A stretch of DNA of 62,181 bases, filler included, from Vermamoeba vermiformis (GCA_045837725.1; 6 parts of 6 records of this genome joined end to end with filler, not necessarily neighbours in it); one strand, 5' to 3'; positions 1 through 12,115 are shown, numbered from the whole stretch's first letter. Numbers and translations are program-made. The notes: generated by a model from the letters alone, not told the origin.

Positions 1-197
1 CAAACTGACCCGTGCAAGCAACAGAATGAATACAGGAATGCATCCTCTGTTTGTGCGTAGAATTATTATCCCTAAGGCATCCAAGAGTAAGTTAAAAGTG
101 CATTTTCGTGGATTATAGTATTTATTAGGTTACTACAGTTTAGGGTTTCGCGTTCTGAAGGGCAAATAACACCCTAGCACTGCAGAACAGGGTGTTG

Positions 198-363
198 AAA
201 CTACGCCCTTGCAAACCAGAACGGGGGCGTAGTCCTCGAAACTACGCCCTTGCAAACCAGAACGGGGGTGTAGTCCTCAAAACTACACCCTCACAAGCCA
301 GAACAAGGGTGTAGTCCTTGAAACTACACCCTTACAAGCTAGAACAAGGGTGTAGCCTTCAAA
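198..363. repeat. Tandem repeat, 41-bp unit x4, internally palindromic
   Basis: Unit AAACTACGCCCTTGCAAACCAGAACGGGGGCGTAGTCCTCG; arms ACTACGCCC/GGGCGTAGT. Confidence 0.9.
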
Positions 364-929
364 CTCAGGGACATAACTATCTGCGTCTTATTTATTTACT
401 GTGCACAACTGGTTGCGTGACCAGCTGGACACAGGCAAGGAAGTGACAGGGCACAGAGTGCAACGAGAGAGTGCCCAAGCCAGTCACAGAGGCAGAGAGC
501 ATGAGTGCCAGCAAGGAACAGCAAGCAAAGTGATGTGTGGTGAGAGCTCATGACACGGTGTGCAATCAGCTTGACGAGCAGCTTGCTGCAGTGTGCACAG
601 TGGTGCGTGCAGTGTCATCAGCATGCAGTGCGCTGTCACTGCTTAACTGTCACGTGTGATGCGCAGTGCGGCAGTGAATGTGAACAGCGTGCTCAACCAG
701 ATCGATGAACTCGCACTGCTCGGCCAATGGGTGCGCTGGGCAATGCTACCGGTGCGAGGTTAGTGCTGGAACTAGTATGCGTACACATCATTCGACGCAC
801 CTGCTATGCTTTCACGGGCCTTGGCCACGGCGTCGAGTAATTCTTGATATCTGTTGTGGAAGTACACTTGGCCTTGGTGCTGTGGCTCGTGGCCTATGCG
901 CGCCGTGTGCGTATAGTGGCATCAAAGCG

Positions 930-2789
930 ATTCATATATACTACAGGGCTTGGCCAAACAGGGCTAGCCCTAAAAATTATCTAAAAAGTTTTGTAAAGTC
1001 ACACTATACTGGCAGTTTTTCAACCAAGAGTTCGACATTATATATATAGTTAGGCTTAGCTAATTTAAGGCTTATAGGCCTAAAGCCTGGAAAATGTCAT
1101 ATTTTTGAATAAAACCCCATGATTCGAATAAACGTTATTTATTTTTGAATATACAATTATGGCTAAAATCTGTACAATCTTCATTATATATATAGTTAGG
1201 CTTAGCTAATTTAAGGCTTATAGGCCTAAAGCCTGGAAAATGTCATATTTTTGAATAAACGTTATTTATTTTTGAATATACAATTATGCCTTAAATCAGT
1301 ACTATCTTTGTTTTCCCAATTTTGAATCACAAACATTGTTTTCCCATCCATTTGCCTTGGCAGGTTTACGATGAAGACTGAGCCTAAAGTTAAGGAACTT
1401 AGTTTCATCGGGTAACTATTTTGAATATGCATACTTACAAAATGTCTATTCATTTGTATGCACGTCCAACCAGTAGAGTGCAGAATTCTCGATCAACCGT
1501 AGTCCTTGGACTACGGTCAAATGCAGAATTCTCGACTAACCGTAGTCCGAGGACTACGCTCAAACAAGGAATTCTTGAAGACCTGATGTGTACCAGCCTA
1601 ATCATGAAGGGTCAGAATATTTGAATATGCAAAATAGTAAAATGTATATTCATTTTTTTACCTATGGGCCAGTCATCTACAGCGAGTGGTGGGAGGTTGC
1701 AGCGACCACATCGAACTGCAACTGAGCATCTCCTGGATAATGTCAATATTTTGAATATGCAAAAAAAATAGTGTCTATGCATTGTCATAGGGCACTACAT
1801 TGACTTTAACAATTCCTCGAGTGTAGTCCGAGGACTACGGTCAAATACAGAATTCTCAACTAACCGTAGTCCCAGGACTACAGTCAAATGCAGAATTCCT
1901 GACTGAGCGTAGTCCAAGGACTATGGTCAAATGCGGAATTTGCGACTAACCGTAGTCCAAGGACTACGCTCAAATGCAGAATTCTTGACATACCTGAAAA
2001 CGGGCAAAGCAGCTTAAATTGTCTCTATGACCTGTAGAAGGGTATATAAGTAATTTTGAATATACATTAATTAAAAGTGTATATTCAAAAGTTTGTAAAG
2101 ATAACGTGACTGTAGACCAAGGACTACGGTCAAATGCAGAATTCCCAACTGAGCGTAGTCCAAGGACTACGGTCAAATCAAGAATTCTCAACTAACCGTA
2201 GTCCAAGGACTACGCTCAAATGCAGAATTCCTGACAACTGGTCAGGGTTATACTGTATACTTCGAGCGTAGTCCGAGGACTACGGTCAAATGCAGAATTC
2301 TCAACTAACCGTAGTCCAAGGACTACGCTCAAATGCAGAATTCATGACATACTTGAACAGGGAGAAACTGCCCAAAGTTATAACAGGTGACCTGAGAAAG
2401 GGAATGTAAGTTATTTTGCATATACATTAATCTAATTTGTCTATTCAAAAGTTTGAAAAGGTGAATTCCCAACTGAGCGTAGTCCAAGGACTACGGTCAA
2501 AGATTCGCACCTATAACCCTGAAGACTTGCATAACCCTAACAGTGCAGAATAAGTCCAAACCATCCAATATAGCCATTGCATATTACTTGTATGCTATAG
2601 TAAGGTAGATTAGCACCAGAGTGACAAAATAAAGAATTGAATTTGAATATTTAAAAAAAAATAATAACTATTTATTTTCGTGGGTCCGCATTTGATTACT
2701 TACTGCTGCAATGAAAGGAAGCCATGCAAATACAGGTGTTCTTATACATTCATATATACTACAGGGCTTGGCCAAACAGGGCTAGCCCT
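930..2789. repeat. Segment bounded by identical 42-bp direct repeats (930-971, 2748-2789), containing palindromic 43-bp satellite clusters
   Basis: ATTCATATATACTACAGGGCTTGGCCAAACAGGGCTAGCCCT occurs twice. Inside are a duplicated block (~1037 and ~1182) and clusters of CGTAGTCCAAGGACTACGGTCAAATGCAGAATTC at ~1480-2500. Confidence 0.8.
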
Positions 2790-2895
2790 CAAAACTACTC
2801 TGAAAGTAATAAAACCAAGGATAATTTGCTCGTTTGTTCCGATTTATGGACCAGGGCACCAGGAGCTAGCAAGAGTTGCCTAGTGCTAGCGACAG

Positions 2896-3118
2896 CGAAC
2901 GCTAGTGACAGTCGCCGAACACTAGTGACAGTTGCCAAGCGCTAACGACAGTCGCCGAACACTAGTGACAGTCGCCGAGCGCTAACGACAGTCGCCGAGC
3001 GCTAACGACAGTCGCCGAGCGCTAACGATAGTCGTTGAGTGTTAACGAGAGTCACCGAGCGCTAATGAGAGTCGCCTAGCGCTAAAAAGAGTCACCAAGC
3101 ACTAACAAGAGTCACTGA
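2896..3118. repeat. Short-unit tandem repeat (GCTAACGACAGTCGCCGAGC-like, ~20 bp)
   Basis: About 10 directly visible, progressively degenerate copies. Confidence 0.9.
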
Positions 3119-3139
3119 ATGTGGACAGGCATAAATAGT

Positions 3140-3900
3140 TTAAGAACTTTATTAATTATATTACAATTTTACAAACCTGAATACAAAGAGTTAGATAAAA
3201 TACAGATAGATAAAATCCAAGTTGTAAACTTAGTGAAGTCCTGCAAGGTAGTCTCCAGTGGGAGAAGATGTAAAAAAAAATTAAAGTCCAAAACCTCGTG
3301 ACCGCACTGGTCACGAGCTAAGAAAAATCATGTATAGTGCAAAGTCTAACAGAGGTCGTCTCCAGCGGGAGACGATGTCTAAAAAAACTAAGTCCAACAG
3401 AGGTCGTCTCCAGCGGGAGACGATGTCAAAAAAAACTAAGTCCAACAGAGGTCGTCTCCAGCCGGAGACGATGTAAAAAACTTACCGCGCAGGTTGTTGC
3501 AGGTCGTAATGTGCCTGGCAGGGTGTAATGGCTTGTAGGACTAGGAGATCGTTAGAGGGAGTGAAAAAAATAATTATCTGGCTTACCTAGTGCTGGAGGC
3601 TCGTCGCAAGTGGTAAGCACGCACCAAGTTTCTTTTTAATATGCACTATGCAGTTCTTGGGGTCAGCTGCCCTACACAAATGGATGAATGTTAGATGCCG
3701 CGCATCTGAAAAAACGGATTTAAATTTTTTTTGCTTACCGAAAGCTGCATACTTTGCGCTACCACCCTGAATACATGCCCCTTGAGTTTAGCCAAAGCAC
3801 CTAGCAGTGAGCTCGAATAATATGAAGCACGACCCACGACCGATCAGCTGTAAAACGAAATTGTGAGTTTAGCCAACGAAATGGGCAGAATTAATATTTA
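3140..3900 (-). ncRNA. Putative spliced non-coding transcript, divergent from the large lncRNA locus
   Basis: Minus-strand donors (CTTACC at ~3481, ~3582, ~3734) with branch/acceptor signals; exon ~3739-3848 has stops in all three frames; AATAAA on minus strand near 3148. Confidence 0.35.
3342..3480. repeat. 48-bp tandem repeat x3 with hairpin TCGTCTCC-AGCG-GGAGACGA
   Basis: Visible copies; a degenerate fourth copy near 3247. Confidence 0.85.
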
Positions 3901-4079
3901 ATTAGGGAAACTCACCTCCGTGCAATACGCACTGTGCGAGCACACATTCGGCAGCAGACAGCCGGCCGATCGTCACCACCCTGGTAACGAAAGCAGTTGC
4001 GCTGCGTTCAACAACGCAACTAGACAAGAATATTAAAAATAAAAAATAACTAAAATAAATCGACCTTTGTGGTGATCGT

Positions 4080-7000
4080 CTTGGTGAGTATTTGTGCAAG
4101 AAGTCTCGTGCGTTTTTGTCTGTCCCTCCCGTGCCAGGATTTATCCCAGCACAAAAACAATTTTTGGCTGCACGTGCCTCTCGACGCCCGTCGGTTTTCG
4201 CTGTCGACGCACGTCGGCTTTCACGGCATTGACTAAATTGGAAGTGACCGTTACTCACGGTGTAAAAACCTTGACAGATCGACCACAAGGGTCGATTTAT
4301 TTATTTATTGTTATTACTGCATTAAGTACCGCGCCACAGCATTAGAGCCGCTCCAGCGCCAGTTAAATATCTGATCAGATGCTGATGTGAAAACTTATGC
4401 GTTATTTTGCATCAGCAATGCCACAGATCGACCACAAGGGTCGAAATATTTATTTTATGCAGCTTATCACAGCAGACAGTAACGCGCCACGGTCGCCACG
4501 GCCGTTCAGCGCTAGTTATTTAGAGATTTGATATCAAGCTGCGAACTCGTATTCGCGACAGATCGACCACAAGGGTCGGTTTGTTCATTTAGATTATTTG
4601 TATGGAATCAGCAGACACGCGCCGAACGACAATCAGCGTCGTTGCAGCACGAGACAATGTGCGAGATCTAAGGATTTGCGCGAATCTCGGTGTAGAAACT
4701 CTGAGATAAATCAAGGTAATATCTTTATGTATACGCCTCCATTTTTTTTCTAAATGTTGTTTTATTTCAATTATTTCTGTCAAATAATTGGAAGATTCGG
4801 ATGGAGCTCACGCGTCAATTTAAAATATCAAATTACATTAATTTATACGGTTCGAGCTTCGTGCTCGTGCAAAATTAAAATTTATTTGCGTTATATTGTT
4901 AAAATAATTCTCTAACTTTAAATTTCATAGTTATCTTGCGGTTGTGTTCAAACCTAGCCAGATCGTTCACGGGCTCGTGCAACAAAGCGTGACAATCCAA
5001 CACATAGTAAGTAGTTTTTATTTACATTTATTGATATGATATTCAAAAACTTAATAGTATTTAGCAGTGTAACGGTCAACGATACCGGATCTGTAGCGAT
5101 ATCACGATAACTGTGTTGCGAATAGCATCGCTATCGCTTGGTAAGTATAGGTATCTATACTGAATAACAATTACTAACGGTTTTATTCAATTAGAATTAT
5201 GCAGAACATTCAGATACGAGACGACTCGGCATCCAACTTGATATCGGATCCAATAAAATTCAAGAGGCCGCATAAGAACGACTCCTAAGTAATTTAATAA
5301 TTATAAAACTATGATTATCAACACGTTGTAATATTAGAAATTAAAGGACTGCCCTTCAAGGAAATTGAACGGATTCGGTGCGCGATCTGGCGTTAGAATT
5401 TCTGTCGAAGGACTGGTGAGTCAGGTACCTTATAAAAACGTTTAGGATACTACTAATAACACGATTATAGGCTGGTAAGGGTCACAGCGATGAAGTGAAC
5501 GGATCAGATTGAGAGCCTGAGCGGATTCGCGAGTGGCAAGTCGTGCTGGTCGTAACCGTAGGCAAGTTAATTGACTAAATTAAGGTATTTTAATACATTT
5601 CCTAACGCGTTGTTATTGTCAGGATTTAACATACTCTGTGACTGCCAATTAAATATGCGCATCGATCCCGCTAACGGTAAGCAAAATACGATTAAATTGT
5701 AATTGGTAACAGTATAATAATAGTTTATTAACGTACTGATAACTTGATTTAGGAGAAGATGATTGGATTTGTGCGCGATCGAGGCAACGACCTCGGATCT
5801 GATTTAAACGAATAAAACACATTGATCGCGTTTAAGGTAAGAACAACGCGTTTATTACTATTATTACTACGTACTAATACCAGTTTTACGCGGGTATTAG
5901 TTGGCACTGCTCTCAAACGGATCTCACCCAGCGAAGAGCGATCAAGAAGATCAAACAATTGCGTAAGTACAGTAATTTTTTAATTACCACTTTATTAGTT
6001 TGCCCAGTGCTTTACTTTATTCATGCAGGAACCTCTCTGCACCCCGCGCTAAAATTATCGAACTTAATAAACCGCATCGATTGCGCTAATAGTAAGTAGA
6101 GGTTATTTAATGTGTTGGTTAGGTTGAAACGTGCTAATATAGTTTTTTATAGTTTAAGCGTGTTCTACTGATTTAACTAATCCGGTGCACGCGATCTGAC
6201 ACGCTCATATCGTAGCTATCCGAAGGTGGTAGGACGTAAGTAGCATAAATCAATTTGAAGACATAATCACTAATATTATTTACCAATAGATGGCATAGAG
6301 TTGAAAAGTACGATCCGCAACTGCTGTCGAAGAACGCGTTGGATCTCACACGAGCAATTTTAAATTGTAACAAACAATAAAAAACTAATTAATTTAATTA
6401 CTCGAACGATTACTTGTTAGACAAATCCCGAAGATCTGGTGCCGTTATTATTTTCTAACTTTTGACAGATCGACCACGAGGGTCAATTTTTTTTTTTGTT
6501 ATTACAGTGATGCTTAACAGCATACAGTAACGCGCCACGGCATCAGAGCCGTTTCAGCGCGAGTTATTTCGAAGATTGACTCGGATTCGCAACAGATCGA
6601 CCACAAGGGTCGATTTGGTTATTTAAATAGTTTATTCAATATCAATACACGCGCGCCAAACGACAATCAGCGTCGTTCCAGCGCGGCTTTAAGATCGCGA
6701 ACAAAACGCGATCAAATCTCGGTGCAGTGACCAAGATAAATTAAGGTAAGATTTTTATATATACAATTCCACCATTTATAACATTAATCTATCGTAAATT
6801 CAAATTTAAATTTTCAAGTAGATCCGGATCGAGCCAAGTGCTCGGACTTTATCCGGATTTTTAATTAATAACGATAGAACTATACTAAATACAATATTCT
6901 AACACTTAAATTTTTATTTAGATTAGGTTCACGATTTTTTACCGCGATCGAAAGTTTTCTAGTGACTTTCTGTTCGCGAGATCCCGACCACCAATGGTCG

Positions 7001-10000
7001 TATTATTGTCTTCTGGTGCCCTCCGTTCGTGTCCCGCTGCAGGGACGATCGCCATTGCTCGCCGACGGGGTCGGTAACTTGATGGCGAGATCGAATCCGT
7101 CCAGACTCTCGAAATAATTCAGTAAGTAATTTAATATATTCAATAGCGATAAAATAATCATTGAAATGCGTTAATTAATCATTTAAAAATCAAGTTAAAT
7201 TTTTAAAATTATAGCGAATCGGATCGAGCTTCGTGCTCGCGTAAAATTTGAATTATTGTTTTGCTTATTATCACCATAATATAAAAATCGTTATTTTGTA
7301 GGTTATTTGAGCGTCAGTATTAGGACGCGATTTCTAGATCGAGCATAAGTCGATTGCTCAAACCCCGGTCATTTCTCAAGCGTAAGCAATTTAAATACGT
7401 TAATTTATTGTTATTTAACAATCTAACACTTTTATTTTAGGTGTCAAAAGTTGACGAGGGCGGATCTTGAACGCGATCTTCTCGCGTTATCAGATCCGTT
7501 ACATCACCCATAATAGCCCTGTAAGTGCGTTTCAAGTTAGACATTGCTTAATACTGACCCATTATATTACTAGAAATAACGAAGACGACTACGGAGGAAA
7601 ATTACGAGATCGAGATCCGACGAGTCTCTATCGGTTAAAATTTCTTTGCGGGGCATCGATTGGTTTAAACGTAAGTGATCCCCCTTAAATATTAGTATAA
7701 TAACTCACTGATAACAATTTTACGTTCAGGAGATGACACGGAGCTGGGGCCAGAGATCGCGCACACAACAACCTGATCTCTCATAAGTTCAGTGACGCGC
7801 ATCGATCGCGTCAAAAGTAAGTACAATTAATTTTACATTATAATGGTAATAAACTGACATCTTTATTTATTATTAGAATCGTTTAATAGAATTTTTGGTG
7901 GATTTGGTGGCGCGAGATCTAGCGCGTTAACACTCTTGTCAGTGCTAATTGATGGACCGAGGTAAGGCAATATAATGTTTAACTGATCATTGCTAACGTT
8001 ATCATAGATCGACAAAGGTCAGAGCGACCCTTGAGCGCGATAATTCGGAACGGGATCCAACGCATCTCGATCCGTTAAAGTTTTGCTGAGGAGCTCTGAT
8101 GACGCTTAAAGTAAGTAAATTACGTTATATAACATGGTTAATGATTATTGTAATACCCATTTATTGTTTAGCTTGCCTGTTACGCGTTGATCTCGGACTT
8201 TGACGGGTCAAGCAAAAGTACGGCTGTACGGATCTGATCACGTTCAATATTTTATTGACACGAGGAAAAAGAGCTGGTAAATATTAATAATAGGTTTTAT
8301 GATACACGTACTAATGCTACGTTACAACAGATCGAGTCAATTAGCTGAAAGTACGGAGAAGTACGATCCGCAACCTCAGCGGATTCATGATCTGAAAATC
8401 AGCGCGGTAGTTAGTTACTTGGTAAGTTAATTTATGTTGTACTATAATATACAAACTCTTAATAACCCCTTTATTTTGTCAGAATTAATGCGTGATTGTT
8501 TTTACGCTGATCCCCTCATTGATCCCAATTGCGGCAATTAATGCGCGCATTGATCGCGCTTAAAGTAAGTTAATTCGTTATAAATTTATATTTATTACGT
8601 TCTAACATTGTTTATTTATTAGTACAAGGGTCTGGAGAAATTAGTAAATTCGGTGAAGCGATCTAGCGCGTTATTAACCGCTGCTTCGAAGAAGATAATG
8701 AGCCTAGGTACGTTATAAAAATAATAAGTGTATCACATCTAACATGCGTAAAGGTTGGTAAGGGTCACGGCGACCCTTGAAGTGATTGGGTGAGATCGAG
8801 ATCCGGCCTGTCTCGATCCGTCAAAGCCCGAGTTTACCGGGAATGTTAGCCATGGTAAGTTAAAAGAAGGCCCACCATATTAAATAATATCGCTTTAATG
8901 ACCCAGATTTGCTCTCGTCACTGATTTGAGTAGAGGCGCGGATCGAGAAACGAACGATCTGATCCAACAACAAGTTAACGCATCGATTGCACTAAAAGTA
9001 AGCAAAAAGCATTTAATATGTAATTATAACGTACTAATAGCGCTTTTATCATAGGCTAGTTGTACGAGAACGACTTAGCGAATCCGCGATGCTAAGACCA
9101 AGTTGTAGCATGAAGGTAAGTTTATTTACACTATTTTAACTTGTAAAATTAATTGTAAAGGACTTTAAATAAAAAGTTTGGCATAAATAAAATTAATAAA
9201 AATCTCCCGCGGGAGGGAATCACAAATATCTGCGTTATTTTTATTAAAACTTTGACAGATCGACCACAAGGGTCGTCATATTTATTTGTTATTGATCATT
9301 AACAGATGATAGTCACGCGCCACGATTGCAGCAGCCGTTCAGCGCGAGTTATTTTGATTTGAAGTCGATGCGAACTTGGATTCGCATCAGATCGACCACA
9401 AGGGTCGAATTATTAATATTATTTAGTTCACTGTGAATATTATACACGCGCCCAACGATATTCAGCGTCGTTGCAGCGCGACATACAAGTCAGCAATTTG
9501 GCCGTTTGATCTCGGAGTAGTGACCGAGATCTTGCAAGGTAATAATTTTCCTATCATCCTTCCACCATTTATAATACATAGAAATCGTTTATTTAATTAT
9601 TAAATTTTCAATTAAAAAATTAAAGATCCGGATTAGAGCTTAGTGCTCGAATTTTATCCGGATTTTTAAAAAAAATATGTAATTACATGTAACGCATTGA
9701 TCTAATATTAATTTTTTATTACAAGATTGATTGCAAAAACACGAGCGCGATCGAAAGTTTTCTTGACTTTCGTACCGCGAGATCCCGACCACCAATGGTC
9801 GTTTCAGTGTATGCTCGTGCTTTTCGTTCGTGTCCCGCTGCAGGGACGATCACCACTGCTCACCGACGGGGTCGGCAACTAGATGGCGAGATCGGATGCG
9901 TTGGACGCATCGAAACATTCCGTAAGTAATTACGTAGGAATAATAACAATCAATATGACGCAATAAATGCGTCTTTTTGAAATTTAAAAATCAAGGAATT

Positions 10001-12115
10001 TTTTTTTTAAATTAGTGAAATCGGATCGAGCTTCGTGCTCGTGCAAAATTTAAATAATTGTTTATTTTATTACTAATACATATGCTAATGATTATTTGAT
10101 AGGTAATTTGAGCGTCAATACGAAGACGCTGGTTCTAGATCGAGCGCGAAGTAGATCGCTCGATTACCGGTAGTGGATCAAGAGTAAGTGGTTAAAACAT
10201 TTTATTTATTATTATTTAATATCCTTAATGCGTTTTATTTAGGTTAAACAAATTCACCGTGGCGGATCTCGAACGCGATCTTCCCGCGTTAACAACTTCG
10301 ATGCTTGATGGACAATGACCCTGTAAGTATTCTCAGTGTTAAAAATCAAGCAATACTAACGCGTTATATACATAGAAATGGAAAATACAAGGCCTTATAA
10401 AAGTTAACGAGATCGAGATCCAAAGCGTCTTTGAAAGTTAATATGGAGAGCATCGATTGCTCCGAAAGTAAGTAAAATCTCTTATTTATTAATAGAATAG
10501 TTCATTGATACCGATTTTAGGGTTAGGAGAGGACACGAAGCTTGGGTCAGAGATCGCATCTCGACATCCGATCTCTCAGAAGTTAGTAACACGCATCGAT
10601 CGCTTTGAAAGTAAGTAAAATTGATTTTTTAATAATTAAGGTTTGCTATTTTAAATACTAACGTTTTAATCTCTAGATTTGATCGCGGCGCTGCTTACGC
10701 AAGTAGACGCGGGTTAGAGCGCATTTATTGCGTAAAAGGTTAGTGCAATTCAATGCATATATTTATATTGTATTTTTTAATTATTTTGGTAGAATACCAC
10801 TCCACGGACTTAGCGGTTCCGAGATCACCGGAGTTGCGCGTTATTTATCTTCAATAATAACGCTGTATAACGCGGTAAGTAGCTAATTTAATAGTAGATG
10901 GGACGTGCTAACACTTTATTGAACAGAACATATCAAGCCCTTGAATAGTTAGTCAGTTGGCGCGGATCGATCTAGCAAGATCGGATCCGAAAAAATTGAA
11001 TGGCCTTATTCAAAGGCTACTCAAGGTAAGTAAATATTGTTTAATATTAATCTTTAAATAATTTTTAAAGCTTATTTTAATTACAGGACTTCGCTGATGC
11101 GATCACGGATCTTAGGCGCGATCTGACCCAGCGAGGAAATATCGGTCAGATCGCCAACAATCTCTCAAAAGTAAGTAAATCCTTGTTCCGTATGATGAAT
11201 AATAACGCCTTATATTATTAGAAATGGATGTGAAGGGTTTTTTTACGAGAAAGAAGCGGATCGAGAACGACAGCTCGATCAAGATAAATTCTCACGTAAC
11301 GCATCGATCGCGTTAAAAGTAAGTAGACCTTTCTAAAATTCGTTTATGCGCTATATTAATATTCTTTATATCAACAGAAAATTGGGCAGTGCGGACTTGG
11401 TAAATCTGTGACGCGCGATCTGCCAGCACTGAAAACTTTCAGTCTAACTCGAGACTGACTAAGGTAAGTGCATCGTTATATTAATAATAACGAGTATTAA
11501 CCCCTTCATTAGTGTAAAGTGCTCACAGGTGTCATCATCAAAATGGCGCGATCCGGTCACGGCAAAGTCAAAACTTGGCGTCAAGTCTTATGGTAAGTCT
11601 GAATAACAAATAGTTTATTTATATACGTCGACTATATATTATTACTGTTATTAACATCAGTTATAAATAGATTTCAAGTTGGTAAACGATCGCACGATCC
11701 GCGCACTCAGTTGGACATTGATTTGAAATAGATTGTTGGTTATTGCGAGGCGAACGAAAGGGTAAGTCAATTTAAGCTAAATCTAAGCAATTTTGATAGC
11801 TAACAATCAACAGATTGGTCTGTAATACTTAGTTGGATTACGTGGCGCATCCTGTTTTGTCGTTACACGAGCCTTGGTCGTAAGTCAGAACAAAATCAAT
11901 CCTATTTTATTAATACATGACACTAATATTAATGTAATAGATGGTTGGTTAGGGCGAAGGGTTTGCTGGTGGTGGATCCGCTCCTCTCTTACCGGATCTC
12001 AGTCCAGCGATTAACTGGTGCCAAGTTTGACACCATTTATGGCTATTCAATGTTAATATACACGGAAGAAGTTATTAATTTGTATCAAAACGGTCATACA
12101 TATAAATAAATTGTT
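4080..12115 (+). ncRNA. Putative multi-exon (~40 introns) structured long non-coding RNA made of three diverged tandem units
   Basis: GTAAG...CTAAC/CTAAT...YAG introns every ~120-170 bp. The exon at 10103-10182 has stops in all frames, and no long ORF exists in 8 kb. Hairpin motifs repeat; AATAAA at ~12103. Confidence 0.6.

Noticed and set aside
4275-9410. CRISPR array (repeated palindromic 20-mer with variable spacers)
   Set aside because: Eukaryotic context, spacers over 100 bp that are themselves homologous, clusters kilobases apart, no cas genes
10183-11880. Exon-intron period as a canonical nucleosome array
   Set aside because: Mean donor spacing is ~141 bp with wide scatter, shorter than the 147-bp core; the exon plus minimal intron length can explain it
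4080-12115. rRNA, tRNA, hammerhead ribozyme or protein-coding gene
   Set aside because: No rRNA universal motifs, cloverleaf or complete CUGANGA/GAAA core recognised; tested exons are closed in all frames or do not splice into a continuous frame (not every exon was tested)
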